From Myxococcales bacterium (GTDB lineage: Bacteria; Myxococcota_A; Polyangia; Polyangiales; Polyangiaceae): a stretch of DNA of 59,559 nt. Shown here in pieces: positions 1 to 10,123 of this stretch; within the stretch, counting starts at the first letter, position 1, and each line of letters opens with the position of its first letter. The notes beneath the pieces were generated by a model. That model searched no databases. It was not told where the DNA came from and worked only from the letters and a program-made list of their open reading frames with translations. The stretch is taken from NCBI GenBank assembly GCA_043747615.1, contig JAYTOU010000008.1, positions 1-59,559 on the forward strand, read 5' to 3'. The translations under genes were made by a program, and so were the position numbers.

Positions 1-162
1 CCTCACGCCGCGGCAGCGCCGGAAGCCCCGTCCGTCGCGCCGCCGACTCCCTCCGCGTCGACCGCGCCCCCGGAGGCGCTGGCGCCTTCGGCGGATCCGG
101 TGAGGTCGCTGCGACAGCGCGCTCCCGTGCACGCCAGGCCGAAGCCGCGGCAAAAGCGCTAA
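1..162 (+). CDS. C-terminal fragment of an upstream gene (Pro/Ala-rich tail), partial at window edge
   Basis: Open frame [21 protein letters not shown]...RPKPRQKR ending TAA at 160-162; low-complexity tail like those of myxobacterial kinases and membrane proteins. Confidence 0.55.
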   Translation, partial: PHAAAAPEAPSVAPPTPSASTAPPEALAPSADPVRSLRQRAPVHARPKPRQKR

Positions 163-263
163 ATTCAGGGATTTCTGTCGACGGACACGCGCTCTCTGCT
201 AAACGTCAGCGGCGCGTTTTCGACGAAACGCGTCATCGGGTGGGATGCTCGCGTCGCTTAAGA

Positions 264-3191
264 ATGCAGCAATTCCTCGGAGTCGTTCGAAAAGCCACAC
301 TTCCCGCGATCTGGTCGCAGGGCGTCAAGCTTGCGCGCGAAAATGCCGTGACCCGCGTCGCAGCTGGCAAGGGCGAGATCACGCTCCGCGTGCGGTCGGC
401 CGGGCTGGCCATCGCCCCGACGGTCACCCTTTACCTCGAAGAAGAAGAGTGGTCGTGCGACTGCGCAGGGAAGGTCGATCCTTGCGCGCACGTGGCGGCG
501 GCTACCATCGTCTCCGCCCAAGTCGGAGAGGCACCGGCGCAAGGCGCAGCGAAGGCGACCACCGAAGCTTCCGCGCGGCTGATCTACCGTCTCACCAAGA
601 GCCAGCGACTTCTCACGCTTGCGCGCTTCATCGTCCACGCGGACGGTCGCGAGGAGCGACTTGGAGGCACGCTCGCCTCGGAGATCGCCCGCCGGCGCGG
701 GTCGACGGATCTCAACCCGAGCCACGACGATCTCCGGATCGATCGCATCCTCGGATCGCCCGCGCGGGAAGTGATTCCACTCGGTAGGATCGGAGACGTC
801 TTCGACGCGCTCGTTGACGCCGAGGTGTCGTTCGAGGGAAAGCCTGCGAAGCTTTCGGGCGAGCCCGTTCTGCCGCGGGCGATCGTCGAAGATGCGCCCG
901 GCAGCGGTTTCGTTCTACGAATCGAGCGCGATCCGTCGATCACCCAGGTGCTCTCGATGGGCGTCGCGCTGTGCGGTGACGTCCTGCGGCCGCTCGGAGA
1001 GACGACGACCACCGGTGAGCTCCTCGAGCACCTCCCGCTGTCGAGGACGTTCACGCGCGCGCACGAAACCGACCTGGTGACCAAGGTGCTTCCGGAGCTC
1101 GAGAAGAAGCTCACGGTGATCGTCACCACCAAGAAGCTCCCGCGCTCGCGAAAGGAAGCCCGTCCGCGCATCGCGATGGATCTGTCGCACCAGGGGCACA
1201 CGCTGTCGATCTTGCCGACGCTCGTCTACGGAGATCCGCCGATCGCGCGCATCGATGGAGACGTGGTGGTGACCATCGGAAAGAGCGTGCCCGTGCGCCG
1301 GCGAGACGAGGAGCGGATGCTCCTCCAGAAATTGCGCGACGAGCTCAATCTCGTGCCGGGACGCAGGGTGGATCTCGACGGCTCGGAGGCCATTCGCTTC
1401 GCCGCAAAGCTCCGCGAGTGGCAAGAGCGCTCGGGCGACGGCAAGCACGCCGCCGTGTTCGACAACCGGCAGCTCAACGCGCGCCTGGATCTCGAGGACG
1501 GCGCGTTCGACATCATCTTCGAAACCGATCAAGAAGACGGTGACACCGCTCCGCCCAAGCGCACCGATGCCGCGACGGTCCTGCGCGCCTGGCGTGATGG
1601 GCTGAACCTGGTGCCGCTCGAGGGCGGCGGTTGGGCGCCTCTGCCCGCGGGCTGGCTCGCGGAGCACGGGCATCGCGTTGCAGATCTCCTCGCCGCCCGA
1701 GACGCCGACAAGAAGCTCGCAACCTCCGCCCTTCCCGATCTCGGCGCGCTGTGCGAGGCCCTCGATGCGCCGAAGCCTTTCGGTCTGGCGAAGCTCGCGC
1801 CGCTGCTCGACGGCTTCGAGGGGATCCCTCATTTCCCCCTGCCGGAAGGGCTGATCGCGACTCTCCGCGGCTATCAGCACCTCGGCGTCGACTGGCTCGC
1901 GTTCCTCCGTGACGTGGAGCTCGGCGCTCTGCTCGCAGACGACATGGGCCTCGGCAAGACGCTCCAGACCATCTGCGTTCTCAAGGGTCGCACTCTCGTC
2001 ATCTGCCCGAAGAGCGTCGTCTACAACTGGGTGGACGAAATCGCCCGCTTCCGGCCGGGGCTCCGCACGGCGATCTACCAGGGTTCGAAGCGCGAGGTCG
2101 ATCCCACGGCCGACGTGACCCTGATGACCTATGCGGTTCTGCGCATGGACGTCGATCGCCTCTCGCAGGAGTCGTGGGACATCGTCGTCCTCGACGAAGC
2201 GCAGGCCATCAAGAACGAAGGAAGCCAGACGGCGCGCGCGGCATTCGAGCTCCGCGCAAGCTTCCGGATCGCGCTCAGCGGGACGCCGGTCGAAAACCGC
2301 CTCGAAGAGCTGTGGAGCGTGATGCACTTCACGAACCCCGGCCTCCTCGGCGGTCGGGGTGATTTCCAGGAGCGCTACGTCACGCCGATCTCCAACGGAG
2401 ATCGTGCGGCGGCTGTGCGATTGCGCGCGAAAATACGCCCGTTCGTCATGCGACGGATGAAGCGCGAGGTCATCCCCGAGCTTCCGCCGCGCACCGACGC
2501 CGTGCTCCATATCGAGCTCGATGAGACGGAGCGCGCCATCTACGACGCCGTTCGAGTGGCGACGAAGAAGGAGGTGACCGAGAAGCTCGCCAAGGGTGGT
2601 GGCGTCCTCGCCGCGCTCGAAGCGCTCCTCCGCCTGCGGCAGGCGGCTTGCCATCCGAGCCTCGTCCCCGGGCAAGAGGCGGTCACGTCCTCGAAGATCG
2701 AACGCTTGCTCGAGGCCCTCGCAGAAGCCGCAGCCGACGGTCACAAGGCTCTCGTCTTCTCCCAGTGGACGGGCCTGCTCGATCTCGTGGAGCCACACTT
2801 GCGCAATGCAAGTATTCGCTTCGCCCGCCTCGACGGCTCGACCCGCGATCGCGCGGCGGTGGTGGCGGAGTTCCAGAACGACGCCGGACCTCCGGTCATG
2901 CTTGTGTCTCTCAAGGCAGGCGGCACCGGCCTTAACCTGACCGCAGCCGATCACGTCTTTCTCCTCGACCCGTGGTGGAACCCCGCGGTCGAAGATCAAG
3001 CGGCGGATCGCGCGCACCGCATCGGGCAGGATCGCCCGGTGATGGTGTACCGCCTGGTGGCCAAAGACACGGTGGAAGAGCGGATCTTCGCGCTGCAAGG
3101 CCGAAAGCGCGCGCTCGCCGACGTTGCGCTCGGCGAATCGGATCACGCGGGGGGCATCACCCGTGACGAGCTTCTCGCGCTCCTCGATTGA
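264..3191 (+). CDS. SWIM zinc finger-SNF2 family helicase/ATPase
   Basis: SWIM motif WSCDC..DPCAHV; SNF2 motifs [52 protein letters not shown] at 264. Confidence 0.95.
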   Translation: MQQFLGVVRKATLPAIWSQGVKLARENAVTRVAAGKGEITLRVRSAGLAIAPTVTLYLEEEEWSCDCAGKVDPCAHVAAATIVSAQVGEAPAQGAAKATTEASARLIYRLTKSQRLLTLARFIVHADGREERLGGTLASEIARRRGSTDLNPSHDDLRIDRILGSPAREVIPLGRIGDVFDALVDAEVSFEGKPAKLSGEPVLPRAIVEDAPGSGFVLRIERDPSITQVLSMGVALCGDVLRPLGETTTTGELLEHLPLSRTFTRAHETDLVTKVLPELEKKLTVIVTTKKLPRSRKEARPRIAMDLSHQGHTLSILPTLVYGDPPIARIDGDVVVTIGKSVPVRRRDEERMLLQKLRDELNLVPGRRVDLDGSEAIRFAAKLREWQERSGDGKHAAVFDNRQLNARLDLEDGAFDIIFETDQEDGDTAPPKRTDAATVLRAWRDGLNLVPLEGGGWAPLPAGWLAEHGHRVADLLAARDADKKLATSALPDLGALCEALDAPKPFGLAKLAPLLDGFEGIPHFPLPEGLIATLRGYQHLGVDWLAFLRDVELGALLADDMGLGKTLQTICVLKGRTLVICPKSVVYNWVDEIARFRPGLRTAIYQGSKREVDPTADVTLMTYAVLRMDVDRLSQESWDIVVLDEAQAIKNEGSQTARAAFELRASFRIALSGTPVENRLEELWSVMHFTNPGLLGGRGDFQERYVTPISNGDRAAAVRLRAKIRPFVMRRMKREVIPELPPRTDAVLHIELDETERAIYDAVRVATKKEVTEKLAKGGGVLAALEALLRLRQAACHPSLVPGQEAVTSSKIERLLEALAEAAADGHKALVFSQWTGLLDLVEPHLRNASIRFARLDGSTRDRAAVVAEFQNDAGPPVMLVSLKAGGTGLNLTAADHVFLLDPWWNPAVEDQAADRAHRIGQDRPVMVYRLVAKDTVEERIFALQGRKRALADVALGESDHAGGITRDELLALLD

Positions 3192-3214
3192 GACGTCGAG
3201 TCAGGTGAGCTGCT

Positions 3215-4000
3215 TCACCAGCGCGTGCGGAGCTGCTCTCTGCGCGTGAAGAGCATTCGCCTCGCGAAGATCGCGGCGAGCGCGCTCGAGACGGCTGCGA
3301 CGGCGACGAGCTGGTACATGATGACGAGCTGGTAGCGGACGGCCTGCTCCGGCGCAGCTCCGCTCAGGATCTGTCCGGTCATCATTCCGGGAAGTGCCAC
3401 CAGACCCACCGTGAGGAGGCCGTTGATGGTGGGGATCAGCGCCGCCTTCATGGCCAGCCGCGCATGCGGCTCGAGCGCCTGGCGGGGAGAAGCCCCGAGC
3501 GCGAGAAGCTGCTCGATGGTGGCGGCGTCGGAATGAGCCAGGGAAAAGATACGCTCGAACATCTGGGCAACGACGTTCATCGCGCTCGACATCATCATCC
3601 CCCCGATCGGAATGAGATGACGAGCCTCGAACCACGGCTGTGGACGAACGATGAAAAGGAACATCGGAAGAAGCGCGGCCGCTGAGCCAAGGGTCACGGC
3701 GGCGAAAGCGTAGGCGAAGAGCGCGCGTGCTCCTGGGCCGTGCTCGATACGACGTGCGCTCGTGATCGCGGCCACCAGCAGCATCACGGCGAGCACGAGC
3801 AGAACGTCCCACCACGTTTGCCGCGCAAAGAGAAACACTAGAAAATAGCCAATGGAGATGAGCTGAATCGCTGCACGGAGCGCGCCCCACGCCATCGATT
3901 TTCCGAGGCCGAGACCGAAGCGCGCCGACACCAGGATGGCCACGGCGATGAGCCCTAGCGACAAGGCGAGGCGCGGAAGAGAGACGTCGACGTACGTCAC
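3215..4000 (-). CDS. fetB: ABC transporter permease, UPF0014 (FetB/YbbM) family
   Basis: RAAIQL, IPIGGM, LALGASPRQA, GLVALPGMMTGQILSGAAPEQAVRYQ; 4-bp overlap with the ATPase gene. Confidence 0.88.
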   Translation of the reverse strand: MTYVDVSLPRLALSLGLIAVAILVSARFGLGLGKSMAWGALRAAIQLISIGYFLVFLFARQTWWDVLLVLAVMLLVAAITSARRIEHGPGARALFAYAFAAVTLGSAAALLPMFLFIVRPQPWFEARHLIPIGGMMMSSAMNVVAQMFERIFSLAHSDAATIEQLLALGASPRQALEPHARLAMKAALIPTINGLLTVGLVALPGMMTGQILSGAAPEQAVRYQLVIMYQLVAVAAVSSALAAIFARRMLFTRREQLRTRW

Positions 4001-4671
4001 GTGACCTCGTGAGCGCGACCACCCTCGAGGGCGAAGCGCTTCGTTGCCACCGAGACGGCTTGCGCGTCGTCGTGGGTGACGAGGGCGATGGCCAGCTGAT
4101 TTGCCGCGAGGGAGCGAATGACGGACAGGACGCGCTCCGCCGCCGCACGGTCGAGCGCAGACGTCGGCTCATCGAGGAGGAGCACATCGGGTTCGTTGGC
4201 AAGAGCGCGGGCCAGAGCCACCCGCTGCTTCTCGCCCCCAGAGAGATCGCGGGCCTCGCGTTCGCGAAACCCTTCGAGACCGACGCGGCTCAGAACCTGA
4301 TCGATCGATGCTTCGGACATGTGCGCACCGGCAAGACGCGGCCCGGTGCCGACGTTGTCGCCGACCGTGCCCGCTAGCATGGTGGGATTCTGGAGAACGA
4401 AGGCCACGCGCCTCCGGTACTGAGCCGGACGGATCTCCTGCGCGCTCTGTCCGTCGAGTACGAGAGCGCCCGCGTCGGGCTCGGTGAGGCCCGCAAGGAC
4501 ACGAAGAAGCGTCGTCTTGCCGCTGCCGGACGCGCCCTGGAGCGCCACGATCTGCCGTGTTTCAAGCTTGATCGAGACGCCGTCGAGGATGCGTTTTTTA
4601 CCAGCCGAGTGGACGATGTTCTTTGCCTCGAGTCTCACACGCACGCGCGCGAGCTTGCCCTGCGCGGGCAT
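3997..4671 (-). CDS. fetA: ABC transporter ATP-binding protein (FetA/YbbL-like)
   Basis: Walker A GASGSGKT, signature LSGGEKQR, Walker B LLLDEPT, VTH switch; exact start uncertain. Confidence 0.88.
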   Translation of the reverse strand: MPAQGKLARVRVRLEAKNIVHSAGKKRILDGVSIKLETRQIVALQGASGSGKTTLLRVLAGLTEPDAGALVLDGQSAQEIRPAQYRRRVAFVLQNPTMLAGTVGDNVGTGPRLAGAHMSEASIDQVLSRVGLEGFREREARDLSGGEKQRVALARALANEPDVLLLDEPTSALDRAAAERVLSVIRSLAANQLAIALVTHDDAQAVSVATKRFALEGGRAHEVT

Positions 4672-4698
4672 CGGAGGCAATCCCGTCCGCGGGAGCGC

Positions 4699-5388
4699 TC
4701 AGCCTGCGGCGTCGCCGATCGAGGGCGAAACGCGCCAGTGTGGGGGATAGGTAGCAGCGTAACCAGGGAGGGCTTCTACTCGGATCATCCAGTCTGCGAG
4801 CTTCGGGAGCGACTCCGCGAGCGAACGAATGCCGTGGTCGAGCGTCTCGGCGTCGGGCTTTGCGAGCGCGCGCTCGAGGGTCTTCATTGCGGGATAGACG
4901 AAGATGTCGGCCGCCGAGATCCTCTCGCCGACGAGCCACGATCGACTGTCGAGTTCGGTCTCGAGACGCCCGAGCTCTTCGCGCAGGGCGGGAAGCGCGG
5001 AGAGGACCGCCTGACTCTTCTCGGCGATCTCGCTGAACAGAAGCGGACCCGCGAACTTGGAGATCGCTTCGCTGCCGTAGCACTCGTGCTCCATGATGAG
5101 GCGCACGATGGTGCCGGCTTCCTCCGGCGTGGTCCCGAAGAGTGGCGGATCGGGGTGCTTGCGATCGATGTACGTGATCATCGCGAGCGATTCGTAGATC
5201 GTGTACGCGCCGTCACGAAGCGCGGGGACTTTGCCGCGGCTGTTCAGCGCGCGGACCTCGGGAGATCTGTGCTCGCCCTTGGCGAAGGACAGAAGGCGTG
5301 ATTGGTAGCTCACCCCCTTCACTTCCAATGCGAGAAGAACCCGCCACGCCGGGCCGCTACCGCTACCCCAGAAAAGCTCCAACGCCAT
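4699..5388 (-). CDS. Glutathione S-transferase family protein
   Basis: FWGSGSGPAWRV N-terminus, NSRGKVPAL, ESLA, SAADI, C-terminal YPPHW. Confidence 0.92.
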   Translation of the reverse strand: MALELFWGSGSGPAWRVLLALEVKGVSYQSRLLSFAKGEHRSPEVRALNSRGKVPALRDGAYTIYESLAMITYIDRKHPDPPLFGTTPEEAGTIVRLIMEHECYGSEAISKFAGPLLFSEIAEKSQAVLSALPALREELGRLETELDSRSWLVGERISAADIFVYPAMKTLERALAKPDAETLDHGIRSLAESLPKLADWMIRVEALPGYAATYPPHWRVSPSIGDAAG

Positions 5389-5469
5389 CGAGAACCCTCA
5401 TTTCGAGGCTACTTTACGACAGAGGGAGGCGAAACGCGCCGTTGATTTGCCGCGGGCCGAAGAAGGATC

Positions 5470-7314
5470 ATGGTAAGCGCCCTACTGATGCGGCGGCCCC
5501 AGTGGATCCCCTCGCGACCCGATTTTCCGGGCGTCGCGCTCGCCGGGTGCCTCGGCGGTATCGCGCTCACGACCGCGCGCATTCTCCCGAGGTCGCCGTT
5601 CGTCTCCGACATTCTCATCGCGCTCTTGCTCGGTACGATCGTGGTCAACACTCCTCTTCGTAGGGTGGTTGGGCTGGCCGAGCCGAGCGTCGAGCGAGAG
5701 CCCGATCGCTACTCCAAGGGGCTGCGCTTCACGGGCAACTGGATCTTGCGCCTCGGGATCATCTTGATGGGAATGAAGGTTCAGACCGGCTTCTTCGGGC
5801 GCGCGGAGCTGCTTCTCATCGCGTGTGTGGCGTTTGCGTCGATCCCCAGCGCGTTCATGTTCGCGCACACCATCGCCGGCGCGTTCGGCGTGCGGCGTCC
5901 GATGGCGGATCTTCTCGCTGGCGGAACGATGATCTGCGGCGCCTCGGCGGTGAACGCCATCGCCCCGGTTGCCGGCGCGCGGCGGGAAGAGCAAGGCATC
6001 GCCATCGGGGTGGTCTTTCTCTTCAGCATCTTCGCCCTCCTCACCTTCCGCCCGATCGCTGCGCTCATCGGCCTCGACCCGCACCTGGCTGGCCTCTGGA
6101 GCGGACTTGCAGTCAACGATCTGTCTTCCGCAATCGCCGTCGGAATGCAAATGGGGGACGACGGCGGCGTGATGGCCGCAGCGGCGAAGTCTGCGCGCAT
6201 TCTCCTTCTCGCTCCGACCCTGATCGCGCTCTCTACGCTGCGGCGGCGCGATCAGACGGCCGTCAGCTTGAGGAAGAGCGCTGTCGACTCGCTCCCGGGT
6301 TTTCTTCTGGGGTACGTGTTTTTGGCTGTGGTTCGTGCCGCGGGGGATCGCCTCTTTGCCGCGAGCTCAGCGTGGCACGGCGTCGTCGTCGCCGACGCGT
6401 TCGTCGTCGATCTGCTCCTCGCGATCGTCTCTGCGGGCATCGGGCTGCACCTCGTCCTGCGAACGCTCCTGTCCTCGAGCTCACGGGCGGTCGCGGTCGG
6501 CGGCCTCACCTCGGTGTGGATGGCGGGGTTCAGCCTCTTGATGGTGTGGGTCGGGGGCGCTCGCAAGGATCTCGCGTCTGCCGGCTTGATCGGAGTCGCG
6601 GGCCTCATCGTCACCTTCGGTCTTTACCGGAGCGCCACGGCCCTCGAGTCCGAGCGCAAACGCCTCCGTCAACGGTTCACGGCGGGCGCGCCGCTGTCGC
6701 TCGCCGAGGCGATGGGGCTCCTCGACACGCTCGAGGAAGAAGGAACGATCGGCGCGGACGATGCCGTCCTTCGCAAGGTCCTCGGCCAGCTCAATCCAAC
6801 GCTCGGTGAGCTCCTCGCGGTGCGCGAGAGTCCGCTCCCCCACGGAGAAGGCTGCCGCTGGATCACCTACTGGGAAGGGCGAACGGGCTGGGCGCTCGTC
6901 GCGGTGTGCCGCGAGCCGGGCTCGATCACGCCGATTCATGCGCACCCTCACCGCCTCTTGGGGAAGGCCATCGAAGGGGTCCTCGAGGAGCTGCGGTTCG
7001 ATCAGATCTCTGCTGGCGAGGTGGAGCTCGTCTCCCGCGCGGTCCTCGCGCACGAAGAGCTTGTCGAGACCGAGGGCCTGGCAACCCTTCACGTCGTACG
7101 CGCCGTTGGATTGCGTTCGGCAATCGATCTTCAGCTCCGTGGCCCCGAAGTGGGCAAGCCCGGCCGGCGTCTACGCACGCTCGATGCGGGCATTGATTTT
7201 GCGAACCTCGCCGTCGGCGCACGCGTACGATCGATCGAAGAGATCGACGACCGCCCAGGCCACTCCGGCGAAGGCGCCGGCGCCGGTCGGCAAGCGGTCG
7301 CGAGGACGACGTAA
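5470..7314 (+). CDS. YeiH/UPF0324 putative sulfate exporter fused to a C-terminal cysteine-dioxygenase-like cupin
   Basis: LRLGIILMG, GTMICGASAVNA, K.ARILLL and about 11 TM helices; soluble C-terminal region with PGSITPIHAH..EGVLEE..LHVV..AIDLQLRGP. Confidence 0.85.
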   Translation: MVSALLMRRPQWIPSRPDFPGVALAGCLGGIALTTARILPRSPFVSDILIALLLGTIVVNTPLRRVVGLAEPSVEREPDRYSKGLRFTGNWILRLGIILMGMKVQTGFFGRAELLLIACVAFASIPSAFMFAHTIAGAFGVRRPMADLLAGGTMICGASAVNAIAPVAGARREEQGIAIGVVFLFSIFALLTFRPIAALIGLDPHLAGLWSGLAVNDLSSAIAVGMQMGDDGGVMAAAAKSARILLLAPTLIALSTLRRRDQTAVSLRKSAVDSLPGFLLGYVFLAVVRAAGDRLFAASSAWHGVVVADAFVVDLLLAIVSAGIGLHLVLRTLLSSSSRAVAVGGLTSVWMAGFSLLMVWVGGARKDLASAGLIGVAGLIVTFGLYRSATALESERKRLRQRFTAGAPLSLAEAMGLLDTLEEEGTIGADDAVLRKVLGQLNPTLGELLAVRESPLPHGEGCRWITYWEGRTGWALVAVCREPGSITPIHAHPHRLLGKAIEGVLEELRFDQISAGEVELVSRAVLAHEELVETEGLATLHVVRAVGLRSAIDLQLRGPEVGKPGRRLRTLDAGIDFANLAVGARVRSIEEIDDRPGHSGEGAGAGRQAVARTT

Positions 7315-7319
7315 CGGTC

Positions 7320-8357
7320 ATGGCGTTTCAAATCGAAGAGCTGAACGATGCGAACTGCAAAACGTACTTGCTCGTGAGCGGCACGACCGCAGCTCTCGTC
7401 GATCCGGTACGCGAGCGTTTCGAGACCTACCGCGCGGTGCTCGCCCAGCGCGGACTGACCCTCGGCCTCGTCCTCGAGACCCATACCCACGCCGATCACT
7501 TGATGGTCAATCGCCTTGGAAAAGAGGCGTTCGGCGCAATGATCGTGATGCACGCCGAGAGCCCAAGCCCGCTCGTCGATCGCCACGTCAAAGAAGGAGA
7601 CGTCATTCGCGTGGGCAGCGACACCGTCACAGTCCTTCATACGCCAGGTCACACGCCCGACTCGATCTGCTACCTCGTCGACGGTGCGGTGCTCACCGGC
7701 GACACACTCCTCATCGGCGGATCGGGCCGCACCGATTTCCCGGGAGGCGACGCCGGCGCGCAGTACGACGCGGTCACCGAGAAGCTCTTCACCCTCCCGC
7801 CGGACACGAAGGTGTGGCCCGCCCACGACTACAATGGAAAGAAGAGCTCGACCATCGGCGAAGAGAAGCGAACGAACCCGCGCTTCGCCGGGAAGACACG
7901 TGCAGAATACATCGATCACATGGCCCATCTCGGGCTCGCCTTCCCTGAGAAGGTGCAGCGCGCCCTCCAGGTGAATCAGTCCGGCTTCGAGGAGAGCGAG
8001 GTTCTCTTCCCGCTCGTCTCGGCGATCGCCGCGCTCGAGGGGATCAGCGCGCACGAGCTAAGGGCGCGGCTCGCGGGGGAATCGCCGCCACTCGTCCTCG
8101 ATGTCCGTGAGCCCGAAGAGTTCACGGGCGAGCTCGGTCACGTCGAGGGCTCGCTCCTCGTGCCGCTCGATGCGCTGGAAAAGCGGCTGCCGAAGCTTGC
8201 CGGGTACGTGGATCGCGACGTGGTGGTGGTCTGTCGCGCGGGTGCAAGGAGCGCGACAGCAGGGGCGATCTTGTGCCGCGCTGGGTTTCGCAGAGTTCTA
8301 AACTTGAACGGCGGAATGCTCGCCTGGCGGGCCGCCGGACTCACGTCGCAGCGTTGA
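7320..8357 (+). CDS. Persulfide dioxygenase (ETHE1-like MBL fold)-rhodanese fusion
   Basis: THTHADH, HTPGHT, GDTLLIGGSGRTDF, PAHDY, EKRTNPR; C-terminal rhodanese LDVREPEE..GHV..VCRAGARS..GGMLAW. Confidence 0.93.
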   Translation: MAFQIEELNDANCKTYLLVSGTTAALVDPVRERFETYRAVLAQRGLTLGLVLETHTHADHLMVNRLGKEAFGAMIVMHAESPSPLVDRHVKEGDVIRVGSDTVTVLHTPGHTPDSICYLVDGAVLTGDTLLIGGSGRTDFPGGDAGAQYDAVTEKLFTLPPDTKVWPAHDYNGKKSSTIGEEKRTNPRFAGKTRAEYIDHMAHLGLAFPEKVQRALQVNQSGFEESEVLFPLVSAIAALEGISAHELRARLAGESPPLVLDVREPEEFTGELGHVEGSLLVPLDALEKRLPKLAGYVDRDVVVVCRAGARSATAGAILCRAGFRRVLNLNGGMLAWRAAGLTSQR

Positions 8358-8370
8358 GCGGCTAGGCTCG

Positions 8371-8724
8371 CTACGCCAACCAGAGCGCGGCGGATGCCTT
8401 GACTTTGGAGAGCTCGGCGCTCAGCGTGTTCGGCCCGTCGCCCTTGGCCGTACGCCGGAACGCGACGAATGCGAGATCGAGCTTGTGGATCGCGCTGCTG
8501 ATCTCGCCCGCGGAGGAGACGACGATCGGCGACCCGGCGAACTTCCCCGCGGCGAGCCGATTCGCCGAGCTGAGACGCTCGAGGAGCTTCGCGGCTGCCT
8601 GCTGCACGGGCTCGGGAACACCCGCCGTCTCCTTCCAGAGCGCGATCTGCACCGTGGCGTCGAGCGACTCAACCAACCCGTCGAATGCTTTTCGGAGAAA
8701 TACGACGCGCTGATCTTTCATCAT
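8371..8724 (-). CDS. Hypothetical helical protein
   Basis: Coding-like 117-aa frame; TAAGGT 7 nt upstream of ATG 8724 supports this start. Confidence 0.65.
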   Translation of the reverse strand: MMKDQRVVFLRKAFDGLVESLDATVQIALWKETAGVPEPVQQAAAKLLERLSSANRLAAGKFAGSPIVVSSAGEISSAIHKLDLAFVAFRRTAKGDGPNTLSAELSKVKASAALWLA

Positions 8725-8853
8725 TGGGGCGACCTTAGCAGACATCGGCACGGTCGTGCTTCCTTGCGCCTGCGAATCGTGCCGCGCTATGCTCTCGACG
8801 CACGATCCGGCGGTTTTCGCCGCTGCTCATGGTGCCAAAACGAGGCTCAACGC

Positions 8854-9198
8854 ATGAGCGAGAAATCCGAAAAAGCCGAAAAACTCAAGGACGCGCTGAA
8901 GATCACCGATCAGTCGCGCGACCGAAACGGCATGGTTTACGATCTAAAAGCGGAAGGCAATCGCCTCACCGTGCGCATCTTTCCGCGCGAAAATCCGACC
9001 GAGCAAAACGAGTGGCGCATCGAGGCTCGCGTCAGCAGCGCGCCCGAAGCACTGACCGTCACGCAGTGGGGTGCCACGCGCACCGAGGCGCTTCAGGAAG
9101 TCGGCAAAGTGTGGGTCTCTCTCGCCGCCGAACAAGGATTGCCGACGTTCGACTGGGCCGCTGTCGCCGTCGCCCTCAACGCGGTCCGCGCTCTCTAG
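8854..9198 (+). CDS. Hypothetical protein
   Basis: MSEKSEK... 114 aa with GAGG RBS-like element; protein-like composition. Confidence 0.7.
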   Translation: MSEKSEKAEKLKDALKITDQSRDRNGMVYDLKAEGNRLTVRIFPRENPTEQNEWRIEARVSSAPEALTVTQWGATRTEALQEVGKVWVSLAAEQGLPTFDWAAVAVALNAVRAL

Positions 9199-9234
9199 CG
9201 ACACGTCCGCTCGCGCCGTCGCGTCGGATGACAC

Positions 9235-9272
9235 AATAAAAAACGCGGACCCGAGGGTCTCTCGATTCCGCG
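9235..9272 (-). terminator. Rho-independent terminator
   Basis: Minus strand CGCGGAATCGAG-AGACC-CTCGGGTCCGCG followed by TTTTTTATT. Confidence 0.8.
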
Positions 9273-9413
9273 CTCTCGCAATCTTCGTCGGGGCGACGTC
9301 ACGTGGTTGCGGCGCATGGATGGCTTGTGGCGGCTACCGGTCCTCCGAAATTGCCGGACACGCTGCAGTCCTAGGTTCTGGGACGGACGAGCTCGGCAGG
9401 AAGCGTCAAAATC

Positions 9414-10121
9414 TCAGAGCGGCTTCGTACTCGGAGCCACGCTCTCGACGAGCGCATCAAACGCCGGCCGAGCCGCTCGAACCGTTGCCGCAGGCCCCGT
9501 AAGCTTGAAAAAGTAAGGCGACCCCGCACTCTCCACGATCGCCGCAAGAAGAGACCATCCCGTGTGCGACACGGGCGCGCCGCCCATCGCACCGCCGCCG
9601 AGGTAAGTCCCTCCGAGCTCGACGATCGTGACCTTCACTCCGTGCACCTTCTTCACGGCGCGCGTCTCCTTCGCAGCCTCTTGGAACTGACCGACCCAGC
9701 GCTCGATGTTGTCGTCGACCGATCCGCCCGCGCGCGCGACGCTCATCTCGGCTTCTTCCGCCCCCGGAGCCGCGGGCACGCGGTAGGTCGCGATGCGCAT
9801 CGTGCTCGGGTTCGGTACGGTGCGCCATTTTTCGGGCACCTTCCAGCCGACGGCGTCCTCCTCGTGGTTCACTGCGATGCTTGGTGCGGGCGACGATTCG
9901 TGCGGAAGCGTCCCTTGCGGAGACGTCCCTTGCGGATGCAGGGGCGGCGCGGATGGCTCCTCGTCGGACTCCGGCGGCTCGTGCGAACGCTTCACCACGC
10001 TCGGCCTCGGCTCGGGCTCGGGCGCGTCGTGATGGAACGCGGCGAACGCGCCGGCGGCAACCATCGAGGCAACGAGGATGAGCGGATAGCCCTTAAACGA
10101 CACGCCTGACACGGGCTGCAC
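9414..10121 (-). CDS. Membrane-anchored hypothetical protein
   Basis: N-terminal hydrophobic helix, Pro-rich linker, globular domain WKVPEKW..MRIATY..GGSVDDNIERWVGQF..YFFKLTGP. Confidence 0.75.
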   Translation of the reverse strand: MQPVSGVSFKGYPLILVASMVAAGAFAAFHHDAPEPEPRPSVVKRSHEPPESDEEPSAPPLHPQGTSPQGTLPHESSPAPSIAVNHEEDAVGWKVPEKWRTVPNPSTMRIATYRVPAAPGAEEAEMSVARAGGSVDDNIERWVGQFQEAAKETRAVKKVHGVKVTIVELGGTYLGGGAMGGAPVSHTGWSLLAAIVESAGSPYFFKLTGPAATVRAARPAFDALVESVAPSTKPL

Positions 10122-10123
10122 TT

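Noticed and set aside
915..3146. 743-aa minus-strand ORF, and similar long ORFs at 20537-22201, 31880-33673, 48855-50690 and 53804-55423
   Set aside because: Shadow frames of well-supported genes; Arg/Ala-rich with no motifs, as expected in high-GC DNA
264..3191. SWIM-SNF2 as an anti-phage defence system
   Set aside because: Widespread housekeeping-type architecture with no nuclease, methylase or other defence partner adjacent
8746..8784. CGGCACG elements as sigma54 promoters
   Set aside because: GG-to-GC spacing is 9 and 8 nt rather than 10; only a 7-bp inverted repeat remains
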